Shown here one piece after another: positions 11,001 through 23,027 of a stretch of 64,000 nucleotides of DNA (the stretch's first letter is position 1; each line of letters opens with the position of its first letter). The position numbers were made by a program, and so were the translations under genes. The notes under the pieces are model-generated. The model was not told the origin of the DNA. It made no database searches and was given only the letters and a program-made list of their open reading frames with translations. The stretch lies in the NCBI RefSeq assembly GCF_001194135.2, contig NC_068999.1, positions 54,934,960-54,998,959 on the forward strand. Reading direction: 5' to 3'. The stretch is from Octopus bimaculoides. Its lineage: Eukaryota.

Positions 11001-14000
11001 ATCTGGTAGAAAGAGGGTGGGTTGTGTTGGTGATGAAACAGAATTGGAAAAATAAAAAAGTAAAATGTCATGTATTATTATCATCTAGTTGTGTCCTTCT
11101 ACATTCTGAGTTCAGGTCTTACTAGGGGAAATTTTTTTTTATCCCCTGAAGGTCTGTAATATACTAGGGTTGATCTGATGAACTATACCTGGCACTGAAA
11201 TTTCTGACCTAGTGCCTGTGCTATGGATACATTTTTTATATCTGCTTTCCATGATGGTATGGTATGGACAATTAGACTGGATCCAACAGGTTGGCAGGTG
11301 GAATTCTGTTTAAGCAACCTATATAACCCCTCATAACTTTTATTTTTCAGAATTTTCAGAAAATGTTTTCAAATTTTTGTTCTGCACATGGGGATTTATA
11401 CCATTATGAAAAAACAAGTTTTTTAACCCCTTCCCCCTCCAGCAATGGACCGACCTTGGGTGCATCACCATTTCACATAAAAGCACCTACTACACTCTCT
11501 GAGTGGTTGGCGTTAGGAAGGGCATCCAGCTGTAGAAACTCTGCCAAATTTAGATTGGAGCCTGGTGTTGCCATCCGGTTTCACCAGTCCTCGGTCAAGT
11601 CGTCCAACCCATGCTAGCATGGAAAGCGGACGTTAAACGATGATGATGATGTTTATGGGGAGAAAAATATTGGAAAACATCAATACATGTCAGTGACAAA
11701 GAAACAAGGAAGGTATCAAGTGGTCGGGAGATGTGCTAAAAATAACAGCTAAATTGCCCTTAAATCATACACACAAAAGTCTTTTTGTTTTTTGGGGGTT
11801 TTTTTTTGCATAATTGTATCAATACTTGTGTGTAGGACACAAATTTGTAAACTTTTTATGAAAATTCTAAAAAGTAAAAAATTTGTGGGGTTATATTGGG
11901 GTGCTTAAACCAGAATTCTACTGGTTGGAGACCATGTCTTGCTCCAGTATCTTAGTTTTTGACATAGTTTCTGCAGATGTCTGTCCTTCCTATCACCAGC
12001 CATTTTACAGAGTGCATTGGGTGCTATTTTTGTGCATCCAGCAGAGGTGAACTTGGTGAACTTTCCTTGTAACTCTCAAGAATGAAGAACCCCCTTTGCC
12101 TGAGAAAGAAAATACTAGAAGGTGTATGCAATGTGTTGAGAGGTTAATGTATGATGGGAGGAGTGGGGACAGGTTTGTTGTAGAGGTGATTCATGGTCAC
12201 ATGGTTATTTGCATTTTACATGGGTGAGTGAGGGTGGCTGAAGTGGTGCCACTAAGAGAGGTAAAAGTGGAGGTGACGAAATGCCAGAAAATACTCTCAA
12301 GGTGACTTGCCCAAGAAGGTTGATAGAAGGGGACATGGGGCCAGGAGAATCAGCAGAGATTTTTTAAAGTTTGCAAGAGTGTGACGAGAGAGTGAGAGAT
12401 GGATATAAGTATAGAGTGGAGGTGGTTATGTATATCGAAGGTGAGTGGTGAATTGAAATGATGTGAATGACGGATATATCTCAATTGGAAGTAGCTCTAA
12501 AGGGAGAGAGGACTTGTAGTACCATGCCTTTACTTGTTTATATATTTGTTAAATAAGCAAATAAACTTTGGTTATGTAGACCCTTATTTATGTTTGTGAT
12601 TTGATATTTTACAGTTTTTTGTGGCCTGCAACCCTAAAATTGGTGTTGACGTGTGGCGGAGTAAATACATGCTACGTACTGCTATGATTCCATCTTTTAT
12701 CAGTACTGAACAGGCAGAAAAGGTCAGTGGCTTATTCATTTTCTTTTTCTACCTCTGTTTGCTCCCCCTCCCTGCTCTCTCTCTTCTACAGCTCTTTATG
12801 TTTATCTTCTGTGTCTATATTATAGCTATGTATATTTGGATATGTGACCTAGTGGTTAGCGTGTTTCATTCATTCATAAGATCTTGGTTTTGATTCCTGG
12901 ACATAGCAGTGTGTTGTGTTCTTGAGCAAAGTCCTTCATTCCATTTTGCGCCAATCCACTCATCTGTAAATGAGTTCATACAGTGACTGGGAAGTTATCC
13001 CTTTGACAGACTGGCATCTCATTTAGGGGTCAAGTATTGCAATCTCAGTCACTTATACACCATGGAATGTCTTTCAATTGCTGATTTCCCATTTATGGTC
13101 ACAGATCCTTTATAAGATTGGAATCCAAGCTAGATGGAAAACTTACACCCCAATGTTAAGAGCAGTCTTAAACATATGTTGGAGAACTCATCCCACCAAA
13201 AAACAGCTGAATGGAGATTGCTTGCCTGATTCCACCATTATATGGGAAAGGCACTTGTGCTTTGCAGGACATTGCTGGCGAGCTAAACAATAGCTGGCAA
13301 GTGACCGTCTATGGACGCCAGAGCATGGCTGTACTCAAGCAGGTCATCTGAACACAACATATGCAGATCAACTCACCAGAGATACTGGATGCCTCCCAAA
13401 GATCTCTCAACTAATGCAGAACTGAGATGAATGGCGTATGTGGGTTAAAATTGTCTGAGCAAGCTCCACCAGTCAATTTAAACCATAGAAACTGAGTTAA
13501 GATCTAGCTTTATGAGTCTTAGGGTTCATGAAAGACCTAACCTGTGGATGCATCAAATGTATGTAGTACCAGTACACACACATACTCTCTCTCTCTCTCA
13601 CTTCATCATTCTATGTTTTCTATGTTCTTCTGTAAAAATCGTAATAATTTTATCTAGATTAGAAGAATGCCGTTAAGTTTTTACAGTCCACTCTATGTCT
13701 GTCATTTAGAATTTCTTTCCTATTCATTGAAATATTTCTCCATTACCCGACTCAGTAACCTGTCATTATTTTGTTTAGATCTTAAATGCTGGCAAATCCA
13801 TCAAATTTCTCCACTGCGTCTGTAATGAACAAACCCCAGCTAAAGGTCAACAAGCTGTACAAGAGATCAATGTTAAACAAGGTATGAAAGATTCTTATTG
13901 AATTTTCTTATTCAGTGGTATCCGTTTTTTTTTCCTAAACCTATTTCTTCTACCATTTCTACTAATTTCATAACATCTATAATGTGAATAGTATTGATAT

Positions 14001-17000
14001 TTCTACTTTGAATGTTTAGCTGAATCCATGTTTACCCAGAACACAAACTCCAGCTTTCAGCAGATGATTGATTCGGTTTATGTAGAAACCAGTCGAAGAC
14101 TTCTTGATTGCATGCACAAAAATTACAAGTTTATGGATCACCTAAAGGTAAGCAAAATATTTATGGGTCCTCATGAAAACATTTTCAGCCGTATAATTTA
14201 TTTTCCTCCAAGGATTTCTTATTAGTCTAATGCAACATTAGATCTATCTTGAATGATGAGATCTAAATGATTTAAGATTGAAATGGTGTGTTGCCTTCCT
14301 GGCACTTGTGCCAATGGCACGTGAAAAGACATTCGAGCGAGATTGTTGCCAGTTCCACTGGATTGGCTCCTGTGTAGGTGGCACGTAAAATACACCATTT
14401 CGAGCGTGGCCGTTGCCAGTACCGCCTGACTGGCCTTCGTGCCGGTGGCACATAAAAGCACCCATTACACTCTGAGTGGTTGGCGTTAGGAAGGGCATCC
14501 AGCTGTAGAAACTCTGCCAGATCAGATTGGAGCCTGGTGTAGCCACCTGGTTCACCAGTCCTCAGTCAGATCGTCCAACCCATGCTAGCATGGAAAGCGG
14601 ATGTTAAACGATGATGATGATGATACTATTGATTGATACAGTCATTGATTGTTGAGAGTTGAATATATTGTACATTGATATCACACATTAATATTTTTTC
14701 CTTCAATGTAGCACTTTGGTTGAAAGTGAAGAACATTTGACATTTGAATGTCTGTATGTGAGTTCAATTATGATAGATGTGCAGCACCAGTTTTTATAAG
14801 GTTGTTAACTGGCAGAATTGTTACCATGCTGGGCAAAATGCTTAGCAGCATTTTGTCTGTCTTCACACTCAGAGTTCAAATTCTTCCAAGGTCGACTTTG
14901 CTTTAAATCCATTTGGGGTTGATAAAATAAGTACCAGTTTAACACTGGGGTTGAAGTAATTGACTTACCTTCTCCCCCTAAATTACTGGCCTTGTAACAA
15001 AATTTGAAACCAATTTATATTTTTCCTTTCTTTATATTTCGATAAATGTAGAATTTTATAACACTCTACATATATGTAGAATTTTATGTCAGTATGAAAA
15101 AATTAGACTCTGCTAGTGGAGATAAAGTTAGTTTTGTATCTTTTTAGGCACTTCGGCGATATCTACTTTTTGGTCAAGGAGACTTTATCACACACCTAAT
15201 GTGTTTGCTGGAGTAAGTTCATCATGTATTTGCATATCACCTCTCACCTCCTCTCTTCCCCGCCATCTCTTTCTCTTCTTTCTTTTCCTCTCTTGCTGGG
15301 TAACCACGTACCTCCTCTACAGTAAGACACCCGTTTCTCTCTCTCTCTGTCACACTCTAACCTTTCATCATCTGACACAAGATCCCCTCTTCCAGTGCCC
15401 CCGCTCCTCTCAAAATACCTTGCTTATATATATATCGAGTGCAGATTGCATTGAATAACCAGCTGGAGGAGGAGGCATCCTCCTGGGGTTAAAATGGTAG
15501 TAACATTGGTTTGTATGGGACGGCTGTGTTGAAGTGGCGATAAACACTACTTCTCTCTCTTTCTCTCTCAATTTTGTTTTGACAAAATAAATTTAATCTT
15601 TTTTTTCTGAGATTTATATAAAAATAATATCCAGGATTTTTTGACAATCATATAAACAACAATGTTCATTTGTTATTTCTGTCATTGATAAAGTATCAGT
15701 TGAGTACAAGAGTTGATTTTTTTTTTCTCTTTCTCCCTCTGATTTGATTGTTACAATCATGAGAAGCTCCATATGAGACTGTTCATAACATCCATTTATC
15801 TAGAAATGAAGTGTAGTTAAGTGATGGATAGGGAGGAACCTTGCTTTATTTAATGGGGCCTTTCATTTCATGCTCATATTCTTTTATATATAAAAAAAAG
15901 CAGACCTAATGTGAAATATTTATCTGGATTTCTTTAGGACAGAATTAGCAAAACCTGCTAACACCCTTTACCCTCACAACTTGACTGGGATTCTGGAAGC
16001 TGCAATCCGAGCAACAAATGCTCAGTTTGATGACAGTGATATTTTAGATCGTTTGGATGTGAAAATGATGGAGGTTTGTGTATATTTTATTGTTTGTTGT
16101 TCTTAAGTACATATATTATGGATTGATATTTGGATTGTTGGAGTTCTCTCTTATTTTCTTTTCATTGTCTTTAACCCTTTTCTTACCATAATTTTGTTGA
16201 AATATTTTTTGAAATAAGAATTTAGTGAAATGACTGTGTTCATAATTAAGATGGTGTTTGGAACATAAAGTGACATGAAATTTCGATGGAAGATTTTAAT
16301 TTTGATCATATTAAAAGGGGAAGTTTGAGTTATAGTGGTTCAGCAAAAGAGACTGATAGGATAAGTATCAGACTTTAAAAAAATAAGTACTGGGGTTGAT
16401 TTGTTCAACTAAACCTTCCATGGTGGTGCCCAGTATGGCCACAGTTTCAGTGACTGAATCAAGTAAAAGTTAAATGATATATATACACACATTATATATA
16501 TGTGTGTGTGTGTGGAAGGCAGCTACCCATTCCAGTGTTGCATAAAAGCACCCAGTACACTCTGTAAAGTATTTGGTGTTAGGAAGGGCATCTAGCCATG
16601 CCAAAACAGACATGGAGCCTGGTCAGCTCCTGTCAAACCGTCCAGCCCATGCCAGCATGGAGAAGGGACATTAAATGATCATGATGTGTGTGTGTGTGTG
16701 AGTATGTCCCCTTGTCTTAACATTACATGATTGTTGTAAATGTCATCCATTATTTCCGATATTTTGTGGAAACATGTCTGATCACGAGGAATTGTTACCT
16801 TGCTTGAAGAGAAGTAAAGGTTGACAACAGGGTAAACAACTGGTTGCAGACAATCTGCCTTGGTCAACTCCATTGAGCACATATGAACTTGGAAAAGATA
16901 TTAAAAACAATAATGATGATGCTTGTAAGAGTTGTTTCGTTGAGCCGTGTTGTTTCTCTATATTGTTATGCCATCTCTCTCTCTCTCTCTCTCTCTACTT

Positions 17001-20000
17001 GTTGTTGTTTATCCTCATAATAATTTATCTTCTTTATTGCAGGTTTCCTCCCAAGACACAGGTTGGGATGTCTTCAGTTTATACTATCATGTTGATGGAC
17101 CAATTAAAACTGTAAGTTATTTCTTCTGACTCTGTTCTTAATGATTGAGTTATCTTTAATCTTTTGAGCTTATTATATTTAGAAAACATTTTCTGGTTAT
17201 ATCATCATCATCATCATCGTTTAACGTCCGCTTTCCATGCTAGCATGGGTTGGACATATGTATATACATATATCTGTACATACACTGCACTGTTCATTAT
17301 TTGTATATACCATTATTTCTTATACTATGCTCTCCATAGATGCTATATTTATATACACTTGGTTGTCTACATACACTTGATTGTCTGTAGATACTATATT
17401 CCTAAACACTCTGCTGGATTGTCAGAAGTCATATTTCTATCACATGGCTATATAATTAAGAAGTTTGCTTTGAGCCACAAGGTTTTTGAATTCAATCCCA
17501 ATTTATGGCACCTTGGCCAGTGTCTTTTTGTAGAGCTTCAGGTTGACCAAAGTCTTCTTAATGAAATTTGGTAGATGGAAACTGTATGGAAGCCCATCAT
17601 GTGTATGTATGTATGTATATATACCTGTGTGTGTGTGTGTACGTGTACACACATATATGACAACATTTTATAAACAAACTTTGGAAGTGTAGCTTATCTG
17701 TAAAATACCAAACACATTTGATGCTTCCAAAGTTTGTTTATAAAATGTTGTCACATTCGAAAAACTATTAGTGTTAAAATTGATGGTAATTGTTGTCAGG
17801 AGCTGTTTAACTTAATGGTAGAGCACTCAGCTGGTATCTGAAGGATACAGGTTTGATTCCTGTAGCCAACTGCTGGCAACGTTTTTCCATCTTATCAGGG
17901 CAAATTGCTAGTATTTCTCTGCTGTTCTTACAACTTTACTGCATTCAAAATCTTCTTTCTTGTGTGTAAAATATATATAATCTTCATTCAACAACCCTTT
18001 TGCCATGCTGGCATGGGTTAGATGGTTTGACAAGAACAGACAAGCCAGAGGGTTCCATCAGGTTCTGTGTCTGCTTTAGCATGGTTTCTACAACTGGATG
18101 CCCTTCCCAATGCCAACCACTTAACAGTGTGTACTGGATGCTTTTTATGTAGCACCAGCACTGATGAGGTTGCCAAGTATATGCAAGGTAAGACCCTTAA
18201 TTGAATATGGTATAGACTGGAGGAATAAGAAGATAGGAGAAGAACAGGTGTTTTGCTGAAGTAGTGAATGTGTGGCTTGCCCACCTGGAAAGTGAGAGAG
18301 AGAAAGAAAAAGACAGATGTGATGTCTGGGTGGTGTGTTGAGCAAAACACTTCATTTCACATTGACTCTGCAATCATTTTGGCATCTGATGCATGGTATT
18401 AGGTTCACCTGTACGGGTTATGTCAATTTGATGGTGGGCATGAACTGCACAGCATGAACGTTTAATCACTATAAACAAATCACCTGTGCCGGTTGTTCAG
18501 CAAGAAATTGCAGGCCCAAGAGATTACCACACACACGCTCACAGATGTATGCACACACACACACACACACACTCATCATCACAATTTAATGTCCCATTTT
18601 CCATGCTGGCATGGATTGGACAGTTTGACAGGAACTGATGAGCCATAGGAGTGCACCAAGCTCCGGTGTTTGCTTTGGTATATTTGTGTATGTGTGTGTG
18701 TTTGTCTTCATACCACTTTGGTATTAGTGAAGCTTATGTCCTCCATAATCAAGTATCACTATTGCCCAAGTAGTTTAATGTGTAAAGAAAGACCAGTAAA
18801 ACAGAGGACTTGAATGCAAGGAGGACTGGCATCAAGAAGGGCATCCAGCTCTAGAATACAGCCTCGAGAAGAAGTTTTGTCACATCCATACTTGGAAGTA
18901 AGAATAACATTGTCTAACCTGGATTATCTATAAATGCCATATTCATTTGACATGCCAAACCACTGCAACAGCACTTTAAGAAAACATTTCTCCCACTTAG
19001 CTCTGAGAAACAAAAGTAGATATATACATTGAAAAAGCTGTAAAACCGCAATGGCTTCAGCAACCTGAAAGACTCTGCAGTGGTTGCACACCACCAATAA
19101 TAAGTGTTGAAGAACCATTGTCTCACTTCAAAGACTGAATCTACCTTGATTGCCTTTGATGTACCTATGTATGGGAGGCGATATGGTATAACTTGCAGAG
19201 TGTATATGTGGCGTCCATTTAGTCATTTGGCCAGTAACTCGATGGTAACTGGAAACAGCAACAACACAATAGCAGTGTTATTAGTTCAGTCTACATTGCA
19301 CTGCAGCTCTTCTACTTTCAGTGTCGTACATCACACTGTAGCTTTTCTACCTTTACTGCCATACAACATGACTATATTGTCATTGACATACCATCCAAAC
19401 ACGGGTCTTCTGGATTTAATTATAGCATATGCTATGCAATAATGTGTTTATTCATTTAAAAGCCTTCCTTTTAGTTGAATTTAAAACGTATAATAAACAT
19501 ATTTTTCATTACAAATTATAAAAAAGATTGTGAGTTAGGGTTGCCTGCTGTCTCTTGATGGCATCTTGGGTATCGAAACATTTAATTTAGAACTTCTGTT
19601 TTTCATGTTTCTTTTATTATCTCATTCTCGTTAGTTGCTTTATGTTTAATGTCTTTATTAATTCCTGTTCTCTTATTTCATTGTTATCTCATTACCATTA
19701 GGTGTTCTATGATGAGTGTGTTATCATGTACTTGAAAGCATTCAACTTCCTTTGGCGTGCTAAACGAATGGAACATATTCTTGCAACAGTTTGGAAAGGA
19801 CTGCTTTTCAATGCGAAAAGCTATCGCCATTTACCAGGTGAGGTAAATTTTTGTGTCTTCCTCACTGATGTCTAGCTTCTGATATGTTTCTTGTTTGGAA
19901 GAAGAGAGCCTGTCACAGCCACATGCCTGTTGCAGGACCTCTAAGGCCAGAGAGATTAATTTTATTCTTGAGCGATTACAAATTGACTGGAAAAACATGG

Positions 20001-20152
20001 ACAGGGAGTGATGTACTAAGGAAGAAGGACTGGGGATAGTGGTGTGTGTGTGTGTGTGTGTGTTCTAGAAGAGTAGACACAATATGAGTGACAGACATGT
20101 AAGTCAAATGGGTTTGGGTGGAAGTGGCACAAGAGCAGCTAGCTCCATGAAA

Positions 20153-20191
<39 letters not shown>

Positions 20192-22972
20192 GACAATACT
20201 GTAGTAGTGGTTATAGCAGAAAAGTTGCTGGGGAGATAGTATTTCTATGGGCCACTTGGTTGAAGTGTATCGGAGACTGCATGCCATGACAATTTACTGT
20301 TACAGTTAAGAGAATTTACATTAAAATATGGTAGATGGAGATTATTTATGAGGGAGGAAATATATGCAGGGTGAAGGATTATAAGGTTGAAGATATGCAA
20401 ATTGGATTGTTATATATTATTATATAAACTCACATGGAGGGGATCTATTTATGTTGTTGATTGGAATGGTCAACTTTGATGGGGGTGACAGTACACAGTG
20501 TGTCAGGTGAGTAGGTGATTGGTGACAGAGAACTTATTGTAGGTTATTGTGATGTGGTATGAGTGAAGGTAGAGAACATGTAGTGTGACGTTATATGGTA
20601 GCAAAGGTGGAGGGCCTACAGTGTTGTGATGTATGGCAATGAAGGTAGAGGACCACTGTGTTGATGTATGGAAGAGTATGTGGAGGGCCTACAACTGTGA
20701 TTCTCAACCAGGGTCCATATGACCCTTGGGGGTCCATATAAGATTTTGTTAAAATTTATTTGCAATAAATTGATTATACTTCTATAATACACAAAATATT
20801 TTAATTGTTTTTAATACAATTTTTAATATTTAATTATAAAAATATAAGGTTTTGAGGGTCCATTCAAGTAAAATAGGGATCAAAGGGGCCCATAAGTAGA
20901 AAATGGTTGAGATTCACTGTCCCGCAGTGTAGTAATGTATAACAATGAAGGCAGAGAGTCTATAGTATGATATTGTAAATGTAGAGGTGCTACAGTGTGT
21001 TATACAGTAGTGAAGATAGAGTACCTACAGAGTGATGTATGACAGTGAAGGTAAAAGACCTACAGTGTGATGTATGGCAGTGGAGGTGCTACAAATGTAT
21101 GGTAGTGAAGGTAGAAAACTTGTAGAGTCATGTTGATAATATTGTAGTATGTCTACAAAGTATGTTTTCCATTTTGAATTTCCAGAATTGAAGAATCCTT
21201 TGCACCGATGTCATGTCCAGTGTTCTAAAATGGTGCAGTTCATAAGCCAGCTGCAGTATTACATAAACTTTGAGGTAAGGAGTATTTCTGGTTACCCTTG
21301 TATCTATGATGTATAATGTTATGACAGGGTTAGATAAATACATTCAACAAAACTGTTTACGAAACCTTGTTACATGATGTTGTACTTTATCATGAACCTT
21401 ATGTTGATGGAACTTACTGATGTTTCTCCACCTATCTTTTAGCCATTCTTATGTGATACAAAAAGTAAAAACTGTTTAATTACTTGAAATACGATATAAT
21501 ACTGGACCAAGGGGCTGCCATGTTTGGTTGTTTCTTTGTGTTCCCAGTGAGGTCAGTTTTGCCTCTCCACCCTTGGACCGTGGGAAGAAAATAAATATCA
21601 GTGAATTACTGAAGTTGATATAATAGACTGCACCCTTTGCCAAAATGTGGGTTGAAAATCAGTGTAAAGTTCCTGCTAAAAAAAAATTCTGAATCTTCTA
21701 GCGAAAGGAGAGTTTGTGTGTATGTATATGCATGCAGGTGTCTGTGTGTGTATGTATATATGTATGTTATTTTTTTCTTTGCCTGAAGAATTTCTAATAG
21801 AAAATTCTTTACATGTTTTTCTTACTTATAAAACTTTGTAATTTCTATTAGCAAATGAAACATGTGTAATGGTGAATAAATAATACCAAAAGAATTCCCA
21901 ATTTCGCTATACATATATATATATATATATATAGTATCAGTTATCAATAGATGAAACCATAACACCTTCATGTCATGTTTTTGTCTGTGCAAAATAGTAT
22001 CAGCTGGTTGCAAGTCCTTGCTGGACAGTTATTATTTTGGAGAGCACTGGTTACCCCTGACTATATTGGATGGCCACTGTTGACTCTCCTGGGTTCCTCT
22101 ACCCCTTGATGGTTCTTGTTTTTCATCATGCAGGGTGTCCAAAAATCATCTTCCTCCCCAAGCAAGCTTGGTGGGGTTGCCAATTTAGTCAACGACAATC
22201 TGACCATGCAACAGGTTGTACTGGGTTATGCTAGAGGAATCTAACACACACACTCTTCTTGAGAAACGTTTAACTCTAGTCTGCTCTGATCCACCAGACC
22301 TTTGATCAAAGGTGTTTTAATTGTAGCCACCTTGTCCTTTTTTTTTTTTTTTAATCTCAGATATAGCATATTTAGTGCTACATATCCAGTATGCCTTGCT
22401 AGGATTTGGTTTGAGGAAAATTTTGGCTGCTGTTTTTAGCACTTTGGTTATCCAAAAGGTTCTTGGCTGCTATTTCTAGTTGGGTGAATGGTCACTTAGG
22501 GCTTTTTTTTGTTTGGCATGCAACTGTTATTTCCAGCAGGCTGGGTGACTATTTAGACCTCTTCCACCACTTAAGCTTATTTATCTCTTGAATTTGTGGC
22601 TGGGAAGAAATATGTTGAGTAGAATAAAGAGTTGTCAGTTCTTATTTCTAGGTTCTGGAATGTTCTTGGGATAAATTGGTGAATGAAGTGAAGAAATCTA
22701 AAGATTTAAATGACATCATAAAGGCACATGATTTGTTCTTGGAAGAAATTACAACTGGCTGTTTATTGGACAAAGACTCTTATGTAAGTGCTTGTTGTTG
22801 TTCTTACAATCCATGTTTAAGATGTACCTCATCCCAAACTTGGTCAGTCAGTTATATGACAGATACTAGTTTCAGCTGTGACCATGGTAAGGCTTGGAAC
22901 TAGTATCAGACTCAGCTGACTGGTACCCTTTCTTTATCTGCTTTCGAGATTATTAGTGACACGAGTTGAACT

Positions 22973-23027
<55 letters not shown>

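Noticed and set aside
12050-12520. Purine-rich block as a reverse-strand retroelement coding relic
   Set aside because: I could not recover a convincing RT, endonuclease or GIY-YIG motif in any frame; left unclassified.
14460-14624. RTE 3' end as a self-cleaving ribozyme (contains GAAAC)
   Set aside because: No CUGANGA box and no HDV- or twister-like pairing that I could establish.
17801-17871. Functional tRNA-Thr gene
   Set aside because: Acceptor stem does not pair, T-loop is TTT rather than TTC, and a GGT anticodon is atypical for eukaryotes.
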